DNA of 64,000 bases. It comes from the human T2T-CHM13v2.0 reference genome, Homo sapiens. This document shows, in pieces, positions 1-14,330 of this stretch. The stretch lies in assembly GCF_009914755.1 (NCBI RefSeq), contig NC_060947.1; one strand, given 5' to 3'. A program made the translations under genes and the position numbers. The stretch's first letter is position 1, and every line of letters begins with the position of its first letter. Under the pieces are notes generated by a model that saw only the letters and a list, made by a program, of their open reading frames with translations, did no database searches and was not told the DNA's origin.

Positions 1-2030
1 GGGTGCATATATATTTTAAATTGTTATATCCCCTTGGTGAAGTGACTCCTTTATCTTTATATAGTGAACTTCTTTGTCTCCTCTTATAGTTTTTGTCTTG
101 AAATCTATTTTGTCTGACATAAGGATACCTACTCCTGTTCTCTTTTAGTTTCTATTGGCATGGATTATCTTTTTTACATCCCTTTATTTTCAGTTTATGG
201 GTATCTTTACAGATGAAGTGTGTCTCTGGTGAGCCGCAGATCAATGAGTCTCTTTTAAAACTTCATTCAGCCACTCTGTGTTTTGATTGAGGAGTTTAGT
301 CCATTTACAGTCAATGTTATTATTGTTAAGTAAGGACTTTTGCTATTTTGTTATTTGTTTTCTGGTTGTTTTGTGGTCTTCTTTCTTTACTTCCTGCCTT
401 CGTTTAGTGAAGGTGATTACCTCTCATGATAGCATTTAGTTTCTCACTTTTTATTTTTTAGTTTTTGGTTTGAGGTTACCATGAGGCTTGCAAATACTAT
501 CTTACTACCATTATTTTTAACCTAATAACAACATAACACTCTTTGCATAAACAAACAAGAAAAAAAAACTGATAAAAACTAAGTCTTAAATTCATCCTCC
601 AGGTGCTTTAACTTTTTATTCTATTTATTCCTTCTTGTATTGCCTATGTCTTGAAAAGTTGTTGTTGTTATTATTTCTTATTGTTTCATTATTTACTCGT
701 TCTACTTAGAATAAGAGTAGTTTACACACCATAGTTACAGAGTTATACTATTTTTACCTGTGTACTATTACCAGTGAGTTTCATACCTTCTAGTTATGAC
801 TTATTGCTCATTAACATCATTTTCTTTCTCATTGTAGTACTCCCTTTAGCATTTCTTATAGGACAGGTCTGGTGTTGATGAAATCTCCCAGCTTTTGTTT
901 GTCTGGAAAAGTCTTTATTTTTCCTTCATGTTTGAAGGATATTTTTCGCTGGATATACCATTGTAGGTGAAAGATTTTTTTCCTTCAGTACTTTAAATAG
1001 GCTATGCCACTCTCTCATGGCTATAAGGGTTCCACTGAAAAGTCTGCTGGCAGATGTATTGAAGATTTATTGTATGATATTTGTTCTTTTTCTCTTGCTG
1101 CTTTTAGGATCCTTTCTTTACCCTGGACCTTTGGAAGATTGACGATTAAATGCCCTGAGGTAGTCTTTTCTAGGTTAAACCTGCTTGGTGTTCTATTACC
1201 TTCTCGTACTTGGATATTGATATCTTTAGATTTGGGAAGTTCTCTGTTATTATCCCTTTGAATAAACTTTCTGCCCCTATCTTTTTCTTTACTTCTTTAA
1301 GTCCAGTAACTCTTAGATTTGGCTTTCGAGGCTATCTTCTAGGTCCTGTAGGTGTGCTTTATAGATTTTTATTCTTTTTACTTTTGTCTCTGTTTACTGT
1401 GTATTTTGAAGTATCTTGTATTCAAGCTCACTGATTCTTTCTTCTGATTCATCAATTCTGATAGTAAAGGACTCTGATGCATTCTTCAGTATGCCAATTG
1501 CATTTTCAGCTCCAGAATTTCAGCTTGATTCTTTGTAACTATTTCAATCTCTTTGTTAAATGTATATGATAGAATTTTGCATTCTTTATCTGTGTTATCT
1601 TGAATGTCTTGGAGTGTCCTCAACACAGCTATTTTTGAATTCTTTTTCTGAAAGGTCACAGATCCCTATTTCTCCAGGATTGGTCCTTGGTACCTTATTT
1701 AGTTCATTTGGTAACGTTAACTTTTCCTGGATGGTGTTGATGCTAGTAGATTTTCTTCGGTGTCTGGACATTGAAGAGTTAGTTATTTATTACAGTCTTC
1801 CCTGTCTGTGCTTGTTGGTATCCATCCTTCTTAGAGGGGCTTTCCCTATGTTTGAAAGGACTTACTTGTTATTATCTGTGCTGTAACTGCTTTAGGGGAC
1901 ACTTTCATTTCAGTAATGCTGTGGTTCTAGTTGACTTGTGGAGGTATCACCCTGATGGTCTTGGATATGATCCAGGAGAATTTTCTGGATTACCAGGCAC
2001 AGTCTTGTTTTCTTCCAGTACTTTTGATTG
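1..2030 (-). mobile_element. Old LINE-1 (L1M/L1MA-type) fragment: ORF1, inter-ORF region and start of ORF2, degenerate
   Basis: First ~350 bp resemble the reverse complement of the ORF2 endonuclease region (compare 60391-60740 of the young L1); T-rich L1-antisense sequence continues to ~2 kb; no intact ORF. Confidence 0.8.
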
Positions 2031-3499
2031 TTCTTATTAAATGTGTCTTACACCCTACGTATGACTTCCTACAGTTTTAAATATTAATAATATGTTTAAT
2101 AATCTACCACATATGTTTATATTTTAGGTTAATGTCAAGCTTATTAAGCTGTACTTTAGTGCATTAAAAAATATGGGTAGCTTTTAGACATATCTACACA
2201 ATCACCTTGATTGTTTTGGAAGTCAGAATCCTCTTACTAGTATCTTCTGTTTTCTGTGATAGAGAAGAAGGAAGCACATAAGAACTGTGGGCTTTAACTT
2301 TCCTTTTTTCTTATCTCAGTTTTCTAGTAACATTAAACCCTCTCTCTCTCCAAATCCTGCTTTACTTCTATTTTCTAAACACAATTGAAATAACCCTATC
2401 TGTGATCATAATATCTTACCACAAACCTTCACTTATTTCATGTTTTATGATTTCTGGTTTTTTGTTGTTGTTGTTGTTGTTAGTTAGTTGGTGAGGTGGA
2501 TAATTTGTTGTTTGTTTCTACACTAATCCTAAAATGTTTCATACTATGTTTTTTGTTTTCACAAAAATCAAGTTTTTTTAGTTAAGTTATAGACAGCTAA
2601 TATATCTACCTTTTATTTCATTATACTTTTAAGCAAAAAATATTACATGAATGTCCTAACTTATATTTCTCTCTATTCTGGTTCATAAATATACAAGCAT
2701 TTATTATTGACACATAGCAAAACATAAAAATAAACACACAACAAAGTATTATTGACTAAATAACCTCCAGAAACATTTTCTGCATTCTTATTTTTTTTCT
2801 TGGACTCTTCCACATTCATGTAGGAGTTGGGTTGCTTAAAGCAGCCTACTAATCTTTATGAACCGAAACTATACTCAAGTCCATATTTTTTCTCCTTTCT
2901 TATTCCCAATGTGTTTTCCCTCATGTTTATTGTCTCTTTATGGAGCTTATATCTCCTCTCTGCATTCATACTTCTATTACTTAATGTACTTATCTCCACA
3001 ATCCCTGTCTCCCCCTCCCTCCCTCCCTCACCCCAGAACCCCCCTAACTAAACCATTTCACTCTCTTTAACAATACTTTTACAAGCAAACTATATATCTA
3101 ACCTAAATTCTTACAGCTGTAGGTTCAGGCCATTCTCCTGTTTTACTATCACTTTGGCAAAACAACAACAACAAAAAAACTGTACAGTATTCTTCATAAA
3201 TTATTTATGCAATGCTTACTTCTTGGCTATTTTACGTATTCTGTCATATTTTCCCTTAATTATTCCTTACAGGATCTATTTCCTACCCTGAACTTTGCCA
3301 AAATTGATAGTAACCAACTTGACAAACATAATCAGGGTGCTTTTATGATCCTTGACAATAGTCGTTAAAAATTGCCAGGTTATGACATTAAAATAAATGC
3401 TTAGAGTCGTATGTTAACATGATAATTAGATCAATAACTTGGTCTAAAATGAAAAGTCTTCTCCAGATATGCCAAAGGTAACTTGAAATGGAAACTAAC

Positions 3500-3760
3500 A
3501 GAATGACCTAAATAAACATATTACTGCTAACTATTAGCTGCTCCCTTTGAAGGGTCTGTTTGTAGGTGTCCTGATGAAATGCTATCTTGATCTTATTTAA
3601 TATTTTCGTTAACAATCTGGAAAATAATAGTATCATTTAATTAAACTTTGAAGTGAGTGGAAATTAAGAAAATGTGCAAACAACTGCTGAAGAGAGAAAT
3701 AATATAAATAAACTAATAGGGGTTAACAAACTGGCAGGAAATGAAATGATTGCAAATAAA
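3500..3760 (+). mobile_element. Possible ancient CR1/L3 LINE RT remnant
   Basis: ttatttaatattttcgttaacaatctggaa reads LFNIFVNNLE, resembling the CR1 RT motif LFNIFINDL; surrounding sequence highly decayed. Confidence 0.4.
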
Positions 3761-4006
3761 AAATAAGTGCTAGCTCATTTACAATAAAATTAGGTGACAT
3801 TTAAAGAGTTAATATTTTCGTTAAACTTCAAGGAGGCAAAATTCTGTGGTAAGTACTAGAATAAAGGAGACAAAGTACATGTTCTGTATTGAAGGACATC
3901 ACAATCTAGTGACCAGCAAGCTATAGGGTCCTTAAAATTAAAATTTCAGTGGAATATTGTAAGATCCCTAGAAATGACTCAGAGCTCACTATCCCACTTC
4001 AGATTT

Positions 4007-4048
4007 ATGATATGATATGATATGATATGATATGATATGATATGATAT
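4007..4048. repeat. (ATGAT)n pentanucleotide microsatellite
   Basis: About 8 perfect ATGAT units. Confidence 0.95.
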
Positions 4049-4671
4049 ATAAACCAAGACCTACATTTTTCACTAAAGACTGACCACAATAATTGTGCCA
4101 TTTCAGCATTAAGCCATGCTTGCTCTATTATGATCATGAGTTGGAATACATATCATAAAGGGTAAATATTAACAGATACTCCCTGACTCAATGACTTACA
4201 ATTTTAATATGTCAAGAAAGTGTAAATGCTACAAATCTGGCAATAAACAATCAGTGCATCTGTTATCCACATTGCATAGGTAGATAAAATATCTTTGGAT
4301 GATTTTCCTGGCATATTTTTAATGAAAAATTAAAGAGAAGATCTTTTTTGAACCTCAAAGAAAATTCAAGTCATATTTTCATTTCAGAATTGGTAAGCAA
4401 ATGTTAAAACTTAGTTTAGATGACTCAATTTTTTAAATGTGTTACTTTTAGCTCCTGCCCCCAACGTGGAGTGGGAGGCTTTCATGTGTGTTCTTAAAAA
4501 AATTTAAATTAATTTTAAACTGTATTTAAGCAATTTAAACTATAATTACAAGCACATCATTAAAAGCTTTTGTTTTCTAATTTCAACAGCCTGGAGACCA
4601 CCAATATTTATCTTTATCACTAAGGAAACTTTTGTTATTTTCAAATATATAACCCTCTGGTTTCTCTACAC

Positions 4672-4876
4672 CAGTGCTTTTCTATAGGTAGCTGCTAGCC
4701 ACATTCACTTTTGCAATTTAAAATAAAGTTAAACATAATTAAAAATGTTCTTCTTCAGTTGCACTGGCCTCATTTCAAGTGCTATAGTCACATATATTTA
4801 TGGCTACTATACTGGAAAGCACAGATATAGAATATTTCCATCATTATCACATAAAGTTCTATTGGACAACAGTGCT
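4672..4876 (-). mobile_element. MER3 (hAT-Charlie) DNA transposon fossil
   Basis: gatatagaatatttccatcatt...aaagttctattggacaacagtg and catttcaagtgct match the MER3 reverse complement. Confidence 0.75.
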
Positions 4877-5319
4877 CTATAATAAGATTAAACTTCTTAA
4901 AAATATGTCCGTTGACAAGGAAAATGGCATCCACCATTTCCTTTTCTTAGGTTTAGGCCTTGATAAATCTCCATCTTGAAACTTGTAGAGATAAAAACAA
5001 AACTACTTATTTGTGTAATTTGAGACTTTCTTGATTATGTATAAGTAGAAAAAATACAAAAATAAATTTGATGAGGAGGCCAATATCATACTAAAATATT
5101 AACTAAAGAGGTCTATTTAAAATATCTATCTTTATGAGAACAGCCTTCTTGCTGTCATTTTTGGCTTTATATCAAGTAAATATTATTCATTAAGTGATAA
5201 AGTAAATAAACATTTAACATTTCAAAGTTAATTGATTTTGAATACTAAAACCTGTTCCTCGCACAATCTTTGTCATTCTCAGAGGAAGACTGTGGGAGAA
5301 ACTGGTGTATTTCTAATCT

Positions 5320-6170
5320 ACTCGTTGCTCAAGTCAGAATATTAGATGTTTTCTTAACTATTCTCTTTCCCCGTAACTCCTGTCACATCCATCAGCAAAC
5401 TGTTGATTTTACTTTCAAAATTAAAAAAAAAAATCCAACCAGTTATTGACACCATCATCAATGCTACCATATTAGCTGAAGGTATCTATCCGTCTTATAT
5501 CATCTTATCCCTTTTGGATAAAACTGTTACTCCTTTTCTAACCTTGACTTTTCACAATCTACTCCCCTCTTCACTGATATTTTAAAACATACTCTGATCA
5601 TACCACTGTTCTACACAAAATTTTTCAGTGTCTTCTTGTCTCAGAGCAAAATCTAGCATTCTTACTATCGTACATAAAGCTCTATATTATCTGCATCCCC
5701 AACTTCCCCAACCTCTGTGCTTCATCTAACATTTTTTTTCCTTATTCATTCACCAGGATCCAGCCACAGAGTTTTCCTTTCTGATCCTTCAATTCACTCT
5801 GCATATTGTTGCCTCAGGGCCTTTGCAATTGTCCCCACTCCCAGTAATGATCTTCCTTCAGATATTTCTGTGACTGACCATAGAGACTTTTAGGTCAGTG
5901 CTGAAATGTAGCCTTATCACAAATGGGTTTCCTCAATATTCTATGTAGAATGATAAATCATATCCTTATTTCTGTTAACCTGATTCATGCTTTTTTGTAT
6001 CACTTGTCATATTATAAATACGCTCCTTCAGTTTTTAAATATCTAGTCATCTCACAATAAAGTTCAATGAGGGTATAGAAAATTGTAGACCTTTTTTTGT
6101 TCATTGTTGTTTCCCTAGTGACTAGAACCTCATTTGTTAGGTTTCCAAAATATTTGATAAGTAGTTCAAC
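5320..6170 (+). mobile_element. L2 LINE 3' fragment, degenerate
   Basis: L2-like motifs gcctcagggcctttgca and ttgttcattgttgtttccctagtgactagaac. Confidence 0.6.
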
Positions 6171-6179
6171 ATTAAAATA

Positions 6180-6576
6180 TGTGACAGCTGCAGGGAGTGG
6201 TTAACTGAGAGCCTCCGGGTGCAACCTTTGGAATTCACTGCAATATTTACATTAGTGGCAAGTTCCTGGTCAGTGACTAGGAGCAGCAATGACTGCTCCT
6301 AGTCAGTGATTGAGCATAGCAAGGTTAATGAAGCATGACCAATATATGACCTCATTAATGGACAACATGAAGCTATGAAATATAGTCTAGGGCTTTTCTT
6401 ACCTATCTTCATCTCCCTCTCCCTTCATTGGTGTCAGACATGCTTCATGGTCTATGTCTCTCCCTTTCTATCCTGGTTCCTTGCAGATTATTCTTTCATA
6501 GGCATTTACCTCAATACATTTCTTGCACTTCTGTATCTATCTAGGTGTCTGCTTCTGGGAGGACCTGAACTGACAG
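6180..6576 (+). mobile_element. Old ERVL-class solo LTR (LTR40/LTR33-like)
   Basis: 3' end caatacatttcttgcac...ggtgtctgcttctgggaggacctgaactgaca is typical of LTR33/LTR40-type LTRs. Confidence 0.5.
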
Positions 6577-6620
6577 AGATTACCATTTTGAGTTTACTAT
6601 TTATTTTTTAGGTATTATAA

Positions 6621-6964
<344 letters not shown>

Positions 6965-6988
6965 CTAAAAGAGAAAATTTAAATTGTA

Positions 6989-6990
<2 letters not shown>

Positions 6991-7038
<48 letters not shown>
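6991..7038. repeat. (TG)n microsatellite
   Basis: About 24 GT units. Confidence 0.97.
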
Positions 7039-7039
<1 letters not shown>

Positions 7040-8099
7040 CGTGTTCTCTCTCCACTAGGGACTCAAGCTTCTCTTAGCATAGTGGTTGCCAGGATTAGTG
7101 GCTGAAGAGAGAAAGATCCAGGTACTAAGTTCAAGTAAGCATTGAGAGTCAAAACAAGAAGAGCTGAATTAGTCATCCGCCTATGTGGCTGCAAACAAGC
7201 AAGTAGCAGAAATAAAACTAAGAATTTTGAATTGAGTGAAATTGAGAAATAGAAATGGAGGCACAAGGCAAGACTGGGATAAAGTGAGATGCCTTGATCA
7301 TTTTTTACAAAATAAATCATGAGACCTAATGCTGATTTTGTTTTGAGTTCTAGAGGATGCTGTGGGTGAGTGCTTACTGCACATTCACATTACAACATAC
7401 TTCTTTCAACATGGAAGTAGATGATAAAATTTGAAATACGTTTTTTAAATTACATAGTATTTATTTTAATAATCTAGGTCTTTATTGTTTCAGTCTCTGT
7501 TTTGGTATGCCAGAGATTAAGAGCAATGTTCACAAAATGGAATACTGAGATTCTCAACGATTATTGAGAAATTTTCAAAAGAGACAGAGAGACTTAGAAG
7601 ACATGGTTCCAAGCAGCAATATTGATGGTACTGAATGAAGTACTTAACTGCAGAGAACCACGTTCATAAAATTTTCAGTTCCTTTTTTGGACATTTTCCT
7701 CATTTAAGATTTTATTCTGAGTACGCTAACTCTGTTAATTGAATTATAGTATTAATTCATGCAGATAACAGCAAGTTGATTCACAGATTAGTTTGAGACC
7801 TACAATGCAGTAGTACTAAGGGCAATGCCATCTTAAAATGAAAGGAGTATCTAGGTTGGAATGCCAAGATAATCAACCTATAGTATAAGCAAAATGGGAA
7901 GAATTTACTTTTTCAGGGTGAAGAGGACGTGAAAGTTTTTTGAGCCTAATAACTACTTTTAAACTGATTAATTAATTTGAAACAATTCTGGGTGCATACT
8001 TTGAGTTGGGTACTGATGATCTAGGGATGTTGAACAAAACAGATAGGACCTTGCCCTTGTTGATATTTGGTATGCATTTCAAAATGGTTCTAGGAAGGG

Positions 8100-8383
8100 T
8101 AGTGGGGAGGGAGCAATAAAAGGGTTGGTTAATGGGCACGAAAATATAGATAGCAAGTAGTACAATGGGGTGACTACAGTTAGCAATTTATTATGTATTT
8201 TAAAATACTAGAAGAGTAGATTTAGAATGTTCCCAAGACAAAGAAATGATAAATGTTTGAGGTGATGGGTGCCAAAATTACCCAGATTTGATTATTACAC
8301 CTTTTATGCTTGAATCAAAATATCACATACCTTACATAAATATATATAGCTATTATGTATCTATAAGATGTAAAAATAAAAAA
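8100..8383 (+). mobile_element. L1MA-type 3' end fragment
   Basis: gaaatgataaatgtttgaggtgatggg...tacccagatttgattattacac followed by an A-rich tail. Confidence 0.75.
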
Positions 8384-11300
8384 GTTTATTCATTTATTCA
8401 TGATTTTGGTAATGAACCAATTGAATTGGGAGTATAATTCAAGACTTTCTGGTTTTTTTTTCAAATACATTTATTTGTAGAGGAAAACATTCTATATAAA
8501 CACCAGTTAGAAATATTGTAGAAGATAAAAAACACATTCTATTAATCTGGAGTATTAAAACAAGGAGGCATCCTACAAGCAAAATGTTATCAGTGAGATA
8601 TATTTTGCAGAATCAGCCTAAACTCCTTCAGAGAAGTGGAGCAAAGAGGTTAGTGTTAAACATGTTAGAAGCATCCTATGGTGCAGACATTCACATTTTC
8701 TTGGTGTGACAGATTAAAAAGAAGTTTAATCCAATGGCATTTAAAACTGTCATTGGCCAAAAATAGTTGACTGGAAAGTAGGAAACAAGAAGGATAAAAT
8801 TCAGTACAAAAGAGATGTGACATTAACACTGTTTATATATCATCACTTCAGTTCACAGTCTTAAGTGTCTGATAGAGCAGCAAAACATTCAAGGTATTTA
8901 AATATCTGACCACTAAGATCTGAAAGATATGTATTTCCTTCAATGCGATAGACTGGATAAGGGTAACATGGAGAATAGAATCAGTTATTTGCTGAGTTAT
9001 ACCTTAAAGGTCTTGCTATGAAGAACGGAGTGTTAATGATGCTCAAAAGGAAGTTTTGGTGCAAATTACAGACATCAGTGCACACATAATGTAGAAAGTT
9101 GAGATGAACAGGACAAACAGAAAATGTGGCAGTGACAAGAGATTATCTAGCTTCATTTGACGGAGTTATCAATTCAGCATTTGTAAAAACCCAAGAAGGC
9201 AAAAAAAAAAAAAAAAGTCACATTATAAATTGTATCATTAAATGGGATGATCTAGTCACATGGTTGTTAGGAGACCTGTGTTCTACAGGAAGTGAACACT
9301 GATTAATGACTTGATTCATTTTGGAAGGCTTTTGTCTAGTAAGAATATTAAAAGATTTTAGATAAATTTAACTTCCCCTTTCTTAAGATATACTCTCAGG
9401 TAAGATGATTAGTTTTTTTAGAAATGGCTGAATGTCAAGTCATGAAGAAATCTGATGAGACATGTAAATCCATGCTTAGTTGTGTGGTTATAAATTTGGA
9501 GCCTTCTAATGAGCATCCCTATTAAGCCTTTACGGTTCTCTTATTTGGCAATGTAAGCTCTTTTAATATTAGTATATTAGTTACACATATCTCTCAGGGC
9601 TGCAAATTACTCATCTTTAAGAAAACTTTCTATAAAGTTTTCCCTTTAGGAGACGGAACTGTTTAATGTTTTCACCATTAATGCAGCATGCAAACTTACT
9701 CAGGTAGTCAACAAAATATTGGGAAAAATATCAATTGTATATGATATGTATTTGTTTTTTAAAACTGCATTTAGAAATATAAATATTATATTACATTAGA
9801 TCAATGAAATTATGCAATAAAGAACATATTTTTGTGGGGAAGCATATTTGTTTTTCTCTTCTATTAATTGAACATCATCAGTTCGTCCTTTTTTTAAAAA
9901 AAATAAAACCACATATTGTCATTGAATTGGGTTACTGATATCACTTTGGGATGAATTGACATCTTGCAAATATAAGTTTTCCCATCTTTAAAAAGGATAT
10001 ATCACTTCATATAATGAAATCTTCTTTAATATTTTTAGCAATGCTTTTGTATTGGAAACAGTAAGTAAGCAGTATAGCAGTCCATTTGGAGCTATCACTC
10101 TGATATAAAAAAATACAATTTATTTTTATATATTGACCTAGTAAACTATGACTAAGCTAAGTTCACTTAGTTATAGTCATTGCTTTGTAGATTGCTAAGG
10201 ATATTGTATGTAGATAATTATATTATTAATAGATTCAGTTTTACATCTTCTTATTCAACCTTTAGATATTTATTTATTTTCATTAGTGTGCTGGCTTGAA
10301 CCTCCAGAAGAGTGTTCAATAGAAGTGTTTACACTGAACACTCTTTCTCTTTTTTACCTTAGGGAAAACTTTTTCAATATTTCATCATTCACTATAATTT
10401 TAGATAATATTTAGATGCCTCCTATCAGAGTTAGAGTGTTCTATTCCTAGTTTTCTTCAAGTTTTTATTATAAACGGGTCTGAATTTTCCAGTGCTTTTT
10501 ACTGTATCTCTTCAATGATCAAATGTTTTCTGCTTTATTTTGCTAATATGGAGATATATATTCTTGATTTTTAAATGTTAAACACACCTTGCCTTCCTGT
10601 GATAAATATCAGTTCATCATAAGGCATATAATATTATATTTAATTTCCTTATTTTAAGAGTTTTTATTTTAGGTTCATGAACAATACTGATGTACAGTTT
10701 TTATTGTAATAGCATTTTTGTCAGGTTTTGTTACAAGGTATTCCTGACCAAATAAAGCAAGTGAGTAAGTCTCCTTGCAGTCTCAATATTTTAAATAGTT
10801 TTCAAATAATGGTATTAGTTTCTTTTTAAGTGATTCATAGAATCCTGCACTTAAACCATTTGCAGTAGATTTCTTTGGTTTTTAACAAGATATTCAATTT
10901 CTTTAATAAATATAGGATTATCCATATTTTCTCAATAATTATGTAACCTTTGATAAATTTTGGTTTTTACAAATGTGTCTTTTTTTATCTGAGTTACCAA
11001 ATTTCTTGTCATGATTGTTTTTTTAAATGATTCTCTTAAAAATGTAAAAAAAATCCCATTAATTATCTTTTAATGTCTGTAGGATATGTAGTGATAACCT
11101 TTCTTTATTTTCCAATTATAACATCTTTCTTTTGATTATTCTTGCTAGCAATTTAACAAATTGGTTATATATTTAGAGAACCAACTTCTGGTTTTGTTAA
11201 ATTTTCTCTATTTTTGCATGTGTTCTATATCATTTTTTCTACTTTTAAATTGTTTCCTCTTTTCTCTGGTTTTAGGCTTGTTTTCCCATTTCTAGTTTCT

Positions 11301-11824
11301 TAAATGAAAATTAACTCACTAGTTTTAATAATCTCTTTGTTTTCAATATGAGTTTTTAATGCTACAAATTTCCCTGTAATCTCTGCTTTAGTTGTATCAC
11401 ATACAAAAGGAGGTATGTTGTATTTTATTATCACTCAGCTTGAAATATTTTATTTCTATTATGATTTTTTTTTGACACATGGTAATTTTAAAGTGTCTTG
11501 ATTGATTTCTAAATTTTGACCTTTTATATTTATCTTTTTCTTATTAGTTTGAATTACATTACCTTTTGGCTATGAATCATAATCTATAACATTTAAATAT
11601 TTTTAAATTTGTAGAACATGCCATGTGAACCTTGAAAGAATGTGTAATCTAAAATTATTGAGCATTATTGAGCAGAATGGCATTATGGTCAAGTTGGTTT
11701 ATAGTATATGCCTCTTCTATATTCTCACTATTTTTTTGTCAATCACTGAACAAGTCATATAAAACTCTAAATTTTATAATGGATTTGTCTGCCTCTCTTT
11801 TTGACTCCATTACTTTTTTCTTCA

Positions 11825-12284
11825 TGTATCTTTCTGAGTGCTGCCATAATAAAGCACCACAAACTGGGTGGCTTAAAACAGAATGTTATTGTCTCATAGT
11901 TCTGGATGCCAGAAGTCAAAAATCAAAGTATCAGCAGTATTGCTTCTTTGTGATAGATCTAAGGAAAACATTGTTCCAGACTTCTCTCCTAGCATTTGGT
12001 GATGGCCAGCAATCATTGGTACTCCCTAGTTTGTAGACACATCTCTCAAATCTCTGCCTCCATCTTCACATGGTGTTCCTCGTTTGTCTCTGTATCTTCA
12101 CATGGCTGTATTCTTATAAAGACACCAGTCACACTGGATTAAGGGACTATCCTACTCCAATATGACCTAATATTAACTAATTATATATGCAATGACCCCA
12201 TTTCCAAATAAGGTCACATTCTGAAGTACTTGAGATTAAGACTTCAACAAATCTTTTGGGAAGGAGGCAATTCAAACCATTACA
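11825..12284 (-). mobile_element. MLT1 (MaLR) solo LTR, MLT1C-like
   Basis: gctgccataataaagcaccacaaactgggtggcttaaaacaga...tttccaaataaggtcacattctg...ttcaaaccattaca; TG...CA ends. Confidence 0.85.
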
Positions 12285-12767
12285 ATACATTTTGAAGCTC
12301 TGTTATTAAGCATATTCACATTTGTCATTTTTATGTTTTTCTGATGAAATGACTCTTTGATCTAACATTGTTTCTTCTGTTACTCCTCTTCTTAATATAT
12401 TTTTATTTATATTTATTGTTTGCTATTGAGTTTCTATCCCAACAACTTTTGTTCTTCCATTCCCACTCAACTGCCTTCCTTATGATTATTTTTATGTTTT
12501 CCTAATCCCTTTGGGATTCATTTATTGGCCTTTTAGCAATATTCCCTTTGTACTCTTACTTTATTGTAGTTTGCTATAGACTGAAATATTCAAACTTGTG
12601 TTACATAGTTTCTCAGAGTTAATAGTCTACCACATAACATAAAATTTAAGAACCATTATGCCCCATCTAGTATATATGCTATTACAGTATATATTATATC
12701 CATATATATATACACACATATATATATTATAAACCCCTCAATATTGTGTTTTCCCCTGCAAATAATT

Positions 12768-13117
12768 ATAATCGTCCTTTGGTATCAATGGAGGATTGTT
12801 TTCAGGACCTCTTGTGGATACAAAACTGCCTAGAATCTCAAGTCTCTAATATTAATATTAAAGTGGCATAGTATTTACATATAACATAGTATTTACATAT
12901 AACATTTTTGTATGCTATAAATCTCTAGATTAGTTACAGTAATAACTATTACAATGTAAGTACTATGCAGATAATTGTTATACAGTGTTTAGGAAATAAT
13001 GACAAGAAAAAAGGCTGTACATGTTCAATATAAATGCAATTTCTTTCTGAAATATTTTGCAGCTGAAGTTGGCAGAATCTACAGATGTGGAAACCATGAA
13101 TACGGAGGGCTGACTGT
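12768..13117 (+). mobile_element. MER2 (TcMar-Tigger) fossil
   Basis: Terminal inverted repeats (gtcctttggtatc / aatacggagggctgactg) and aggaaataatgacaagaaaaaa core. Confidence 0.8.
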
Positions 13118-13869
13118 GTACATTTTTAAATTAACTTAAGAAAATAAAAAATCTAAATACTTTTGTATATTTATGTGTATATCATTTGTAGTGCTCTTTA
13201 TTTGTCCTGTATATTCCACTTGTACCTAGTATCATTTCCTTATAGTCTAAAGGACTTTTTGTTGAAATTGTTATATTACAGTTCTGCTGGCAACAATTCA
13301 TTTAGCTTTCATTTATCTGAAAATATATATTTCGAAGGATATTATCATGGGGTATAGGAAAAAAAGACTTTCAGCACTTTAAATATGCAGTGCCTTTGAT
13401 ATATGGCCTCTGTTGTTTCTGATGATAAGTCAAATATTCTATAACTCTGTGTTCATTTGAATGCAGTGTGTTTGCTTTTCATGGCTACCATAAGGATTTT
13501 GTCTTTTTTTCTTGTTATCACTTGGCCATGCTGTACCTAAGTCTGATCATATTTATCCCTCTTGGGTTTTGATGAGACTCTAGGATTTGTAAGTCAGTTT
13601 TTCACAAAATTTGCAAATTATCAGCCATTAATTCTTCAAATATTTCTCTGTCCCATTCTCTTTCTTTTCTCCTTTGAGAAATGCAATTGTGTTTATATTA
13701 AACTGTTTGATATTTTCCCAAATATCACTAAAGCAATGCTCATTTATTTTCAATATTTATCCTTCATTTACTTCAGATTTTATTCTTTTTGCTGATTTAT
13801 CCTTAAATTCACTGATGCTTTATTTTGTCCTTTCCTTTTTCTTGTTAATCCTATGCATAGATTTTTCCT

Positions 13870-14330
13870 CGTGTTTTAGTTGGCATTTAAAATTATACAT
13901 ATTTATGGGATACAAGGTGGTATTTTGATATGTGTATGCAATGTGTAGGGATCAAATCAGAGTATTTAAAGTATCTGTCACTTCAAACATTTATTATTTC
14001 TTTATGTTGTGATCATTCAAAATCCTCTCTTCTAGCTTTTTGGAAATATACAATAAATTAGTTACCTTATTTGCCTTAACAGTGCTGCAGAACACTAGAA
14101 TTCATTCCTTCTGTCTAGCTGTAAATTTGTATCAATTAACCAACCTCTCCCTATCCTCCCTTCCCCTCTACCTTTCTCAGCCTCTAATACCGACAATTCA
14201 ACTATTTACTTCCATGGGCTCATTTTTTTTTTTCAGTTCCCCCATGTGAGTGACATGATGTGGTATTTATCTTTCTCTGATTGACTTATGTTGCTTAACT
14301 AATGTACTCCAAACTTATTCAAGTTATATG
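13870..14330 (-). mobile_element. L1MA-type 3' end
   Basis: atacatatttatgggatacaag...acatttattatttctttatgttg...ccatgtgagtgacatgatgtggtattt. Confidence 0.75.

Noticed and set aside
8453-9216. Possible processed-pseudogene 3' UTR (T-run plus nearby TTTATT; A16 at the other end)
   Set aside because: No TSD found, no recognisable parent gene, and the signal-to-tail spacing is short.
12867-12902. 18-bp perfect tandem duplication in MER2
   Set aside because: Ordinary slippage duplication with no sign of function.
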